Of a DNA stretch of 64,000 nucleotides, positions 14,590-27,353 are shown in pieces; position 1 is the stretch's first letter; each line of letters opens with the position of its first letter. Below the pieces are notes generated by a model. That model worked only from the letters and a program-made list of their open reading frames with translations, was not told the DNA's origin and made no database searches. Location: contig NC_092670.1 in the NCBI RefSeq assembly GCF_964355755.1, positions 7,306,201 to 7,370,200 of the forward strand. The letters are read 5' to 3'. The DNA is from Antedon mediterranea (lineage: Eukaryota; Animalia; Echinodermata). The position numbers and the translations under genes are program-made.

Positions 14590-17500
14590 ATGGCAAGCCA
14601 TGTGCAGACTGTCCCTCCTCCACAATATTATGGAAATCAGTATCCACAAACTGGAATAGTGATGACGTCAGGTGTGCAGACGATCACTACTGCGGTTGGG
14701 ACAAGAAGAGAAGATGCATCATTAAGAAACAATGGTATTGCACAGGTAAGCAAAAATGTTTTTAATAATGAAGATTATCTTGCGGTGATAAATATGATAT
14801 TGATGAAGAAGATAAGAAGGATGAGGAGAATGGCGATTACAGACAATTACATTGAAGGTGATAAAAGGAATTGTTAAAAACACCGATGGTAATGATAATA
14901 ATAATAATAACACATAATAATAACAATAATAATAATAATAATAATAAAGGCGCTGATGGAAAGTTGTTGATAGAAATATCAACCCATCAGGTAGACGACA
15001 AAGATAACTATGGTAATGATTTTTTATTTTTAATGGTTTATTTTAGATAATATTGTATTGTTGGTATAATTTGGTGATTTTATTTTATTTATTTATTAAA
15101 CCTTATTTAAATAGGGTAAACCTAAACAGCATATGCTGACAATCATATAAAAAATATATATAAAAAAAAATATGTTAAACATACACATACTATACAACAA
15201 TACAAAATATAAGCTACAATACTATACAAAACGTAGAGATTTTTCTTTTGGTGTGAAATATATTTTTTAGAGCAGACTTAACATCTTTTATTGATTCTTA
15301 GTTTGAAGAGTGAGTCATATGGCCGAGCGGTTAAGGCAGGGGCGCCGTTTACCGTACCTAAAGAGCCAACAACAACATCGGCAAGGGTTCGAGGCCGACT
15401 CGCTCCTAGTTCTGGTGGTGGAACAAGTCTTCTCGGATAAGGACTATAAACCGTAGGTCCAGTGTACACAGTTATAACCTGTGTGTACTTTAAAGAAACC
15501 CAGTTCATTATTCGAAAAAGAGTAGGGGGTTACCCCGGTGAACTGGTTCACACAATAGCCCCTGTATCAGAGGGATTACCACCTATCTGATAGGACAGTG
15601 ATTAATTCACTATTGGTAATCCTTGGCCACATTGCCTAAAGACATAAAATAAAATAAAATAAATAAATAAGGGTAGCATATTTAGTTTTTGCTCTTCTTT
15701 TTTCTGTTGATTGTTCAGCGCGCTTAGGCGTCCTGCATTTTGCGCTATAGTAAATTGAACATTATTATTATTATTATAAGCACACACATTCAGATTTGTG
15801 AACATACATTTTGAATCTTGGCCAGGCTAGATCTGGAATATCCTCTCAGTGACAATTTTTTATTCCTTTTCCTTCATTCCATTCCATTTTCACAAGAAAA
15901 AGCGCTTTGCTCATTGTAAATGAATGACAATATTGATGTTAATTAAAAGAATTAAAACAAAATAAACCGTACCTAATTATAATTAACTATTATTAGATAC
16001 TCCTTGGAACATTAATTGGAATTTTTGGGATTGTTGCAGTATGTATAGATTGCAATATTTACGACGGAGCAGGCATTTGGCAAGGAATTATGGTAAGATA
16101 ATTATTTCACAATTTTTACAAGAGATGTATCTATTGCAATTTAACAGCTATTATTTAAACAGTATGCCTCTACTTTTATGTTATTGTAAGTTCTCCTACT
16201 GCTAACAGTAAAAAACTTTGATGATTTTATTGTAAAGTGAAACCCAATGGTGTTCTGAATAATGATGAAAAATGAATGAAAATGTCATTATACCAATCAT
16301 GAATTAATACCTTTGTAACTTGTAAACCCTAATTTAGTTATACTGTATTTCTTTAGGCCTATCCTTTGTTGTTTCTCAATCATTTCAAGTACATGTTTAT
16401 TAGAATTTTTCATTTTAACTACTCCAGGAGAGCAAGATTGTGGCTTTTTAAAAATTGTCTTTTAAACTATTTTTCTTTCAAATTTGGGCCTTCTTTGAAC
16501 TTTTTACACTTCATTGTATCGAAAAACAACTGGAACCAATATTAATGTGTTCATATGAACCAAAGTGATATCCTATGGTATCAGCCAATAAAGTGGCCGT
16601 GTAAATCCAAAGTCTCTTAAAACTACAAGACTGTAACCACAAATCATTTATACACCACTGATGGTATAAGCCAGTTAAATTAATAATGTGATGGTATAAT
16701 ACTTACATTTATATTCTTTTCTATTCAATTAAGATTGTGATCGTGGCTACTTGTGGGATTTCTGCCAGCACAACTTCACACTTCTCACAAAAGCACTGCC
16801 TAGTAAGTATAATGTAAAAAAAACATACTACATACAGATCAAGAATTACACTTGATCATATCAGGAAAGAGTGAAATTTCATTCTTCCCTGATCACATTA
16901 ACAATAATAGATGCTTAATCACAAAACAATGTTGTGTCTGTGTACTCGACAGAAGAGAGAAGGAAATATCCGGAAAGATAATCTACTACAATTAATACAA
17001 AAAAGAATAAATGTTTAATTTCAAAAAAATTAACCGATTATGTCAACAATTTTAATAAAATATTTATGATTGCTTATTTCAGCTAGTTACATTTAATGTA
17101 TTCTGTATCATCATTGCCCTAAATGCCTTGTCCTTAGGTATTTTATTCAGCATTGCTGCCTCTATGGAACAACCATACAATTATTATTATGTAAGTTTTA
17201 AATTTAAAAAGTTGTTTTTTACTTGACTAAATAAAATATTGTTTTTCTTTGGTTTTTTGTTTGGTGGGACGATTTATATTGCTGGGATATTTATCGAGTA
17301 TGTAACCATATTTTATTGATATTACCAATGTTGATACAATATATATATATGAATTACTAAAAAACTTAACTTTATATGCAATATCAATATTTCGACAACT
17401 TTCGTTATTCATACATTCGCAGAGCGAGCAACAGAGGACGTGACTTATATACATCATTCTCGTGGCTAAACATGACCATTTACGGCAACGTTTTATAGCC

Positions 17501-19296
17501 CTATATTTTCATATTTTTGTTATTCCTAGTACGGAAATTATTAAGTAATCAAATAATGAATGTTTATGAGTTGGGTGGTGAGAATATTTCAGTTGAAAAA
17601 TTGACTGCTTTAGTTTTACAGCAGGATGAGTTCATCAAATGAAATATTCTCTCCATTCAAAGAATACAAAACATTCATTATCTGTTTTATAACACACCTA
17701 CTTTTTTACTTAATTTTTCATATATGTTTTATTAAAACGGTAATACAATATATGTACATTTTATTATGTATTAATATTATAATATTTTTTACAGTATTCT
17801 TCGCAATCTGCTCGAATTGGAATCGATATAACTATGGCGTTGTTGTCTTTTTTTGAAATGTTTGTTGCAATCTGGGCTGTGATCATGACGGCAAGAGATA
17901 CTTACTGCTCATCTCGTAATCAAATGGTAATTAGACCTAATGATACTCAGTAATACACTGTTCTACAAGTGACATAAAATGACATTATTTGTATAGTATC
18001 ATATACAAATTTCATAATATAGGCTCACATGACGTATGTCATAACATATAAAAATATGTTAGGCTTAGTGCATATGATACAGTTGTCATGTGAAAGAACG
18101 GAATTTGCTTATAATACTGTACCCACGTAGTAAATGCAGTACCGAGAAATGTATGTAGGCCTACATACTGTGTGTACCACTTTACAATTATTATTTGTTG
18201 GAACAGCCGAATCACTTTGCTTTTCTTCCTTATATCTTTACTCTAAGTGAAAGCTAATACTGATCAAATAAACTGTTTTCTCAGCAAAATGTATATACAA
18301 AGTTATTCAAAAACGTCAGCAATTTTAAATAAACGTATACATCATACAGTACAACGTATATTTCTATCCTCAGAAATAATAAGTCAATACTTCTATCATT
18401 TAAAAGTCAAAGAAAGTCAGGTCTCGGGTCCATTATATAGTCACCACAGATTGACTTCTTCGTCAGTACTTCTATAAATGGATGATTTTAAACACTTACT
18501 GCATGTACAGTAGTGACAAATAATGATTATAAATGTTAGTTTAATAGGCCAAAGCCTACAATGTTACAATTAAAATCATAACTAGAAGAGTGTACAAGAA
18601 AATGTTGAGAAAATATAGAATGCAACGGGCAATATTGATTCTTAAGAATTAGTATATCAACGTCTTTTAAAATAAAATAATCAAAATCAATTTATTAAGC
18701 ATTTTCGTCAAAAGCCTTTTTTAGATCACATAGAAAGTAGCAATTTAAACAGGCTGTAAAGACTAGATTTGTATGGGCCTAAATAATGTTGTTGTTTGCC
18801 TTTTAGGTAGTAGCACAGCCACGCGTGGAATACAACACTGGTGTACAATACAACCCTGGTGTACAATACAACCCTGGTGTTGCAACTATACAGTACTACC
18901 CACCTCCACAGCAACAACAGCAACAAGGTGGTTACCTTAATAACATTTTTAAATGAATAGTAGTATTTATTAACTTTAATTACATTACATATTATAGGAT
19001 AATGGAAAGTACAGTGGGCATAACTCATTGTGTTGCATTTCAAACCAGAAAGATGATGTTTTTACAAACTTTTAATTTTGTAGTGTTTGTGAATACTGCA
19101 CAGCAGCCTCCCCAATACCAACCGTACCCGGGACAGCCGCCGTACCCGGGACAGCAGCCGCATCAGGGCCAGCTGCATCAGGGCCAGCCTGTAAAGCGTA
19201 AGTATGGAGGTTTTGCAGCTTTACGAATACCCTAAAGAAAATGAATACGTCACAAAAAAATGAATTCGTTGTTTACATTTTTATCTTACAGAATAA
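14590..19296 (+). CDS. MS4A/CD20-like four-transmembrane protein, copy 2 (~267 aa)
   Basis: Coding exons 14590-14745, 15997-16092, 16734-16802, 17083-17190, 17795-17926, 18807-18930 (weak donor; 18927 is an in-phase alternative), 19084-19197, 19292-19296. Open throughout. Four hydrophobic segments, GAGIWQG motif, P/Q/Y/G-rich tails. Non-coding first exon ends at 13702. Family assignment is by topology and motif. Confidence 0.85.
15309..15780 (+). mobile_element. tRNA-derived SINE with Deu/Nin central domain
   Basis: A box TGGCCGAGCGG, B box GGTTCGAGGCC, core GATAAGGACTATAAACCGTAGGTCC...TTAAAGAAACCC...AAGAGTAGGGGGTTACCCCGGTG resembling the DeuSINE/AmnSINE domain, (ATT)n tail. Confidence 0.85.
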
Positions 19297-22200
19297 TGAT
19301 ATAAACATTACTTCTAAACACCTAATCAGACATTATCTGGCAGCGACAACAAAACGTAGAAAAAAATAAAGTTGAAGGCATTGTATTTCTTTTATTCATC
19401 ACTACTTAAATGTTTAATTTTTGTTTAGTGTAGTAAAGACGTACTACTGCAACATTCCTTTATTGTTATTGGAAAATGTAATACACACTAAACCACTAAA
19501 CGCATTTTACAAATTGTTAGGTATATCATTATTTTTTGTGTGTTTTTGCTTTCTCGTTATCTCGTTATCTACTAATTTGTTTTGACAGTTATTATCTGCG
19601 AAGCTGGGACTTATAGAGCAGCTTATTAATATTGAATGCATAGGCATACATTAACATAAAATATAAGTTACTTTGGGATAACCTTTGATAGTCTACTATG
19701 TTTTCAGTTTAGAAATATTGAACTTTTTATTGTCCAATTTGAATATAAATTAAATTATGTGTACATAAGTGTGATTATGCTAATAAATTTAAATGATTTT
19801 TTTTTAAATATTGTCATTATTGCTAATAATGTATATACAGATATTGTATTTTATCCGTATTTTAACAATTCTTGTTAAATTTTAACCTCATTTTTCATGT
19901 AAAAGTTTAATTTTTTACCTTTGAGCAAACAAAAATAATTTCAATCCATGTACTGTATTTAATATGTTTGACAGTGAATAAATAAAATATCTATGTCTAT
20001 GGTGTCGTTCTTAACATCGACTTTCTATAGGCCTAAAGGTTATGACTTGTTCAAATTGATTTAATTGACACATTTGTATAAGGATACTCTACATGTCTCT
20101 ATGCCTTGCATGATTCAGCCTGAAATTGTCAAGCTGCTTGATGAAACGGATGCCAAAATGGAGGGACATACTTGCAAAATGCAAGTAGCCGCTGATTGGC
20201 CGAATACAGTATGCGTTTCATATGGACAGCGCGGGCTGCAATACTTTTCAATCCATTATTCCTGATTTCTGCCTTACGAATTAAAAAAAAATGTTTGTTC
20301 GGACGGCGATTATAATTTTCCGTACAGAAGTTCAGCAATTCGCTCCAGATGCACTCAGTAATTTGCGTTCTTAAAAAAAAATACTTGCGCATACGCATAC
20401 TTTTTTTTCTACAGGATTTGGCAGTCCACTGCAGGACCAAATATTTTCTAAGGTCATTTCCATCTCATTTTCGTTGCCTCTTTTCCTTTTCCCGTTCCTT
20501 GGTTGCCCAACTGTAGTAGTCCTGCTTGCTCATCTATTGTCATGGAATTACTTGAAACAGATCTTTGGTTTTTATCTTTCTCTTATTAGTTTGCATGATG
20601 GTTCATTATGGTTACGCCAAGCATTCTCCATTCTTGATCTTAACTCACGGATACAGTAAAGTTTAAATATGAATTAAGGAATATATATTTATATTACCTA
20701 TTGATCAGTTAGCACACATTGTAATAATGTACTTTGAAACCTCCATGATGGATTATTTCTTACATGTTCTGTTACTTGAAACAGTTAGATTTATGTCTGG
20801 ACATCGGTACGTTTCATTGAGTTTACGGATATAAACCGTTGGCGAAGCACTTTACTTGTATATAATATTATAGCAGTTAATCTGATACAATTTTAATAAT
20901 TTTACTAAGCACATGGTGTGAGACTGCACCGTTTTGTCATTTTCTATTTCTTTCTTCAACAAAAACAAAATAGTAGAACTAATAGCTTGGCTTCAGTAAA
21001 GTTGGGAAGTTACAGTTACTGAAAGAAGAATTGAACATAACATAAACATTAAAACAATAGTATTGCTATATGCGATGTGTGTTGTAAGTTTCATAAGTTA
21101 TAATTTGTTCTAAATGAAATGAAATTGGTACAGGTGGTGATAATGTGATGATATGTGCAGGGAGTTGTAATTTACAACTCCCTGATATGTGGTATGTTAT
21201 TTGTTAAAGCTTCACTATTTATGTTATAAAAAGAATTAGGTACAATATTAGGCACACTCGATAATTCGTTTACAAAGTTCGTTGGTTTAAATGTTTAACA
21301 TAATTCAGTAAGTCCATTAATGTAATCAGAGTGTTGAACTTTATCTATTCAAAATAATTAATGATTAACTTGATTAATATTTGCCTAACATAGTTATGTT
21401 TCCTGTTCCACCAATTTATTTTATTCAAAGTCGAATGAATCAAAACAATTCATAAACTCACGCCAGACGGTAAAAGGTACCAGTAAATTTATACAGGTAA
21501 GAATTTAAAGAAATTTACATCTAAATGTATATAATGTATCCTACTATACTACTGTATACAATGATGTAATAAAATAACTACCACGTAGATCAATGGACTT
21601 TGATCGGTCATTGAGGTTCTCTCTGTGTTGTTTGTTCATGTGTTTGATTCGTGTTTAAAAACTTGTCTTTGATATTGTTTCGATTTTAAATCTACGGAAT
21701 TATTAAGCTGTACATTATTCCCTGGTTACTTAGCCTTTTAGTCGTTGAAAAAGGGCCCATTTTTCTTTAAAAGACCCCATAGTATAACAATAATAATATC
21801 TTCTTTTCACTTATTCTATTCGAAAATAATTTACTAAATTGTTACACAACTTCTCTACTTTACAATTTTTTAAGGAATGAAATAAAGTATTTCTATGTGG
21901 AAGACAAAAAAAAAACATTTTCGCAAAAAAAACCGGTAATTATTGTCATTATCAAGTGATAGTGATTTGGCCAATCATATTCGATTAGTTATTCAAACTG
22001 TCGCTTGTTATTATTATTATTGTTGCTTCTTGTAATGAATACTCACACACAGAACACATCCTGAGTAACGTTTTGTAATCTTTACCAAAAGTAACTTATA
22101 AATAACCTGAGTGACTTTGTTTAATTTATTAAGATGTTTATAATTGAACTCATTTATAATAGGCCTAAATAGAATAAATTTAGACTTAAACTGGTGGTTT

Positions 22201-22342
22201 TACAATTTAGGAGATTTGGTTTGATTTATTCAATATCGGCTCATAACAATTACAACAGAATACATAAAAATACAAAAAGAAACAAAAAGTCAGTGTGTAT
22301 AATTAAATTCATTTATAATAAATAAGATCAGTTTAGACTTAA

Positions 22343-22466
22343 AGCTCTGTCTACAATATAACATTAGCTAGTGCCCAAATATGGTGGTAATTAGGATATC
22401 ACCATGTCCATATTATAGGCACATCACAATTTAGTTGTCACACATACAGTTTGATAGTGTAGAGTT
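22343..22466. mobile_element. PIF/Harbinger-type MITE, TAA TSD
   Basis: AGCTCTGTCTACA...AGTGTAGAGTT flanked by TAA (22340-22342, 22467-22469). Same family as 49433-49562; degenerate piece at ~1455-1560. Confidence 0.8.
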
Positions 22467-22497
22467 TAAATTGGTGGTTTTATAATTCAGGAAAACT

Positions 22498-25400
22498 ATG
22501 ACTAGCCATGTACAGACAGTCTCTCCTCCTCAATATTATGGAAACCAGTATCCACAACAACCCGGACTTGTGATGGCGCCAACCGTACACGTGACAGGTG
22601 TGCAGCCAACCAATACAGCCGTTATTGGAAATGAAAGAAATGATTTAGCAGTAAGACATAACAGTATTCTACAGGTAAAAACACTTTATTTAAAACGAAA
22701 GTTGAAGAAGATGATGATCATCCTACGATGAAAATAAGGCGTTTGATGGAGATAGAAAGGCTATAGAAACTTGGTAGGCCCAAACATAATAGTAGAATGT
22801 GAATGGAAAAATAAAAAGGTTGTAAGCCTAGCTATACACTATAGTGTTACGTATATGTAAGGTTTATTTATGAATGAAAGTATATCTCGGACACCACCTA
22901 CCAAAAGAGAAAATCTGAAAATGATTTCAACGACAAAGACGATGATGATAGAGAGAATGTTAATGAGATCAATAATAATTATTAATGACAGTAGATGCAG
23001 ACACAGTGAATTTTGAAAAATGAGATATTAATTATAGGGAAGATGTTGATGATAATTCTGCAGATTATAACAATACAGTATATTGATGATGTAAAAGAAT
23101 ATGACAGCAAAAGCAGACGATTTATTATGATGATAATAAAGGATATGATGTCAAGAAAAAAGATATGATAACAGGAATCATTGTTGACAATGATAAAATA
23201 GAAAATTAAATTGATAGCAATGATTAGTATGATGATGAGGTGATAATATTATATAATAGATGAAATGAACAGATTTTACTTAAAGAAAATGCAATTTGAC
23301 ACAAAAGGATATTTGACTCAGACAATGGTGATAATGGAAAGAAAAGAAGAGTGAAATCTTCTGATAAGCTATGATAGGTATTTTAGTCATTGAAAATTAC
23401 ACCCTATGTTGTATTATATTATTCTTATTAGCTGTTCATTGGAGCATTAACTTTGACTTTTGGAATTGTTGCAGCATATACACGTTGCTCTGTCTTTACC
23501 GGAGCTGGTATTTGGCAAGGTCTTATGGTAAGACATTACACACTTAAGTAGTATGCATAACCATTTCGTTCATTAGGAGAGGAGCGAAGATTTTTTTTTC
23601 ATAAACAAGGCCATATACATGGCTGCAGTCGTGTGCTAAAATTTGAGTTAGTGTTTACCGACCGAATGTATAGCGAGATTATAATGTGTTCATTTGTTTC
23701 TGTTCTATTATTCCAGATCTTCGGCTTTGCTAGCGTTGGATTGGCTTCCAGCACAACTTCGAATTTTTCACGAAAGTACTGTCTAGTAAATATTATTTTA
23801 AAATAATATATATTAAAATAAATTAAAAACGAAATAAGTCTTTCCATTTAGTATGGGCTGGTCTAATGATGCCTAAATATTTGACAAATAAATTCAAAAG
23901 TATCGTCATACCGTTTCATTTTGAATTGCCGCAATGAAATAGAACGTAGGATTCAAAGAACTTTTATTGGCGCTCTTTGTAATCAAGGGCTGTTTATTTG
24001 TATAATTGTTTTCTCTTTTCTTTTATTTCTATGATGTAATTGTTTTTAAACTTGATTACCAAATACAGTTTAATTATCAAAGAATACAATGACAATACAG
24101 TATCAAATTCAAAATAATATAGACTATTAAAAGTATTTAAATAAAACATTGCTGATGGTTTTATTTTCAGCTGGCTACATTTAATTTATGTAGTATCGTT
24201 GTTGTAATAATTGCATTGATCACAGGAATTTTAGCTAGCATTGCTGCCTCGGTGGAAGAAACATACGAATGGCAAGTCAGTGTAGGCCATATCTTGTTAT
24301 GGTATATCTTTTAGTAATTTATGATTCGATGTTCTAATTTCAAAGAAAACTAAATAAAGAAAACAGTTTACAGAAGGTTTAATTAAAGAAACTAATAATA
24401 ATAACTAACGAATACAAAAATCAATCAAATCATTCTTAATTTACTTTACTTAATGTATTTATATATTTGTTTATATTGAACATTTTTAAAGGATATTTCA
24501 TCAAGATCTGTCCGTGTTGGAATCGACATAACGCTTGCATTTCTGTCTTTTATGGAGGTGATTGTTGGAATGTGGGCGGTGGCCCTAACATCAAAAGCCA
24601 TCTGCTGTAGTAGTCAAATGGTAATTAATAAACGATATTCTATGAATGATTTCAGACTAGACAAAAGGCATCTAAAACTACCATTTCATTGAGTAAAAAA
24701 TATAATTTTGTTTGTATTTATTCCATTTCTGATAATTCGCTTCTGAATAACCATCTAAAAGAAATATTGTTTGTATCTACTGCATTTCTGATAAACTTGC
24801 GCTCCTAAATAACGGTCTAAATAAGTGGTCGTCGACCGAAACCGTTAACATTACCCAAAATGCATTGGACACTGGCGGTCAATTCAAAAGTTACAGTTAC
24901 TAGTGTAGTTGACTATAAATCAGCGGCTCTTAATCCAAAAACCGTTATATTCTGCATTGCCTAAAAGTTTGCACAGCAATAACCGGTTAAATGGTAACGC
25001 TATGACAGCCCGTATTCCAACAACATTGAGTAATTCATAAATAATATTTCCAGCTCTCAACGAAGAAATACTAATAACCATAAACCAGAATTGTTAGTTT
25101 GTAATAGGCATTATATTATTCAGATATACATCTGTTTTATTGTAGAGAGTGGAACAACAAGGAAGAGACAATCCCAACTTTACACCCATACAGTACTACC
25201 TTCATCCTTCTCAACAACAAGGAGGTAGGTTCACTATTATTTTATTTTATTTTTATTTCATCAAAACCAACAGCAACGAAAGTTGCCATTTATTGTATGT
25301 AATTTGCATATTTCTACTCTACAAAGCTCTGCTAAAGACATATATATATATACTAAATGATATAAATATACGTTTCAAAATAACTAAACAACTTGAGATA

Positions 25401-25626
25401 CTTGGCCAAGATGTGTATGATTTGTTTCAATTATCTGGCAGTGAATATTCAGAAACATGTTTTTTTATATTTATCAAAACTTAATATTAGTATTTTATTT
25501 TATTTGTTGTTAGTGTTCGTGAATACCATCGACCCTCCCCCACAATACCAGCCGTATCCAGACCAGCAGTACACGGCACAGTCGCCTCAGGATGATGATG
25601 ATGCCACGTGTAAAGATGTGAAATAA
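22498..25626 (+). CDS. MS4A/CD20-like four-transmembrane protein, copy 3 (~255 aa)
   Basis: Coding exons 22498-22674, 23432-23527, 23717-23785, 24171-24275, 24492-24620, 25146-25224, 25514-25626. Open frame with the same exon phases as paralogs. Non-coding first exon ends at 21496. Confidence 0.87.
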
Positions 25627-27353
25627 ATTGTGTGACATGTGTCTTTGGGGAAGCTGATGACAAACTAAATACTTTAAACGTCAATAAAGATAACTGTTAC
25701 GTACATTTATAAATAAATAGTTTAGTTTGTTTATTTGTAAAATTGATCGATTGGTAATCTATTAAACTTTAAAATACAATTATTGTAAAATCAATAAAAG
25801 CAATTTTTTTTGCAAATGAGTACGTTGAGCACATTCATTTTTGTGCTATATTTAGTAATGTGGTATACGTGATGAGGGTGTTTATAAAATAGTTATAGCA
25901 ACCTATAAAATCCCATTGAACCAATGAATGCGGTTTCTTAAAGTAATGTATGATTAGGCTGTATTTTTGTGTTGTTTGTTCAACAAAATACGTGATTTTA
26001 TTATATTCAAAGTCTAGTCTTCTACTGTACAATCGACAAGTCACATTACAGTAACACGTACGGGAGAAATAACAACTAAAGGTAAGAATACTAAATAAAT
26101 GTACATGTAGGCTTTTTCAAGAAACTATTAGATTCATTTTTCGTTTTTTCGTATTTACGCAAATTATGTTTCCATAACTTGCAAAGTGCAATAATATATA
26201 GGCCCTAAGCCTACGCAAATCAATGTGATAATATACGAAATCCTAAGGCCATTTATTCACACTTTTAGTCTTCGTTCGTAGTTACTAAATATAGCATTTG
26301 TATGATTAAATACGTGTCACCATAGGAATGACGATCGTTGGAAAATGTAGTATGCATACAGTACTGTCAGGAATCTGCCATCGCACCCGATTCTCGGTAC
26401 TGCATCTAGATGTCTCCAATATCCTAGGAATCTTCGTTAATACATCATCACATGTGTTTCATAGGTATCGCCTAGTATCATAATAGACCACAACCTATAC
26501 ATGACACAGGCACTGAATATTACTTTGAAACTAGGTAAATATTATCGTATGATAATTGAGAATTGTGTAAAAATCAGTGAAATGAGTGATGTCATTTCTC
26601 TCGGTAAAATTAACAAGATTCTTATATTGGTCCATTTGCCCATAACTACAGTAGAAGTCTATCGTTCATGAACTAAATTATTATCTCTATGAAATTGTAC
26701 AGCAGTTTGTACATAGACTAGAGAGAATAGCATTAGTTCTTTTTGTTCTCTTTATTCAGAACTGATTACAGAATGAACATTTCTAGCAATAAGGGTTCCT
26801 CACGCAAGTTACTATCTTTTAGTCTAATATTGTTTTTAATTTGTCGTATTAAAAAAAACTATTGAAGCAATAAAGTTAGACGAACACCCACAACATTAAA
26901 AAGGAAGTGAAAAATACTGTAAGTGGTATGAATTGGACAAAAAAATAACTCGGTCTCTAAGGTTAAGAATGCAATAAAGCTATTCCAAATAAAACAAATA
27001 TACATAAATAGGTAACAATGCAATAACTTGTAATAACGTCAGGAACATTACCAAAGAAAAGCAAACACAGGAGCGTGTTATAAAACAATAAATCTATAAT
27101 CCATACAAATAATATGACCGTATTAGAGGGTGAATTGGTTTGTTAAATGCATTTATTTTCTGTAATGTATAGGTTTTTTCTTCCTCATTATACTTAGCTA
27201 TGAGGTAGGTTGCTTAATAAATGCTGATTTTATTGGACTGAAGTTTACACTAGAGTATAAAAGATTCTGTAAATCAGAATTTGCTTTTCTTATTGTATTG
27301 ATTATTCCTGTTGCTATGATACAATAACAAATACAACTTTTGTATAGATAACC

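Noticed and set aside
15313-15410. tRNA gene (also 36065-36140)
   Set aside because: A and B boxes are present but there is no complete cloverleaf and the sequence continues into SINE body and tail.
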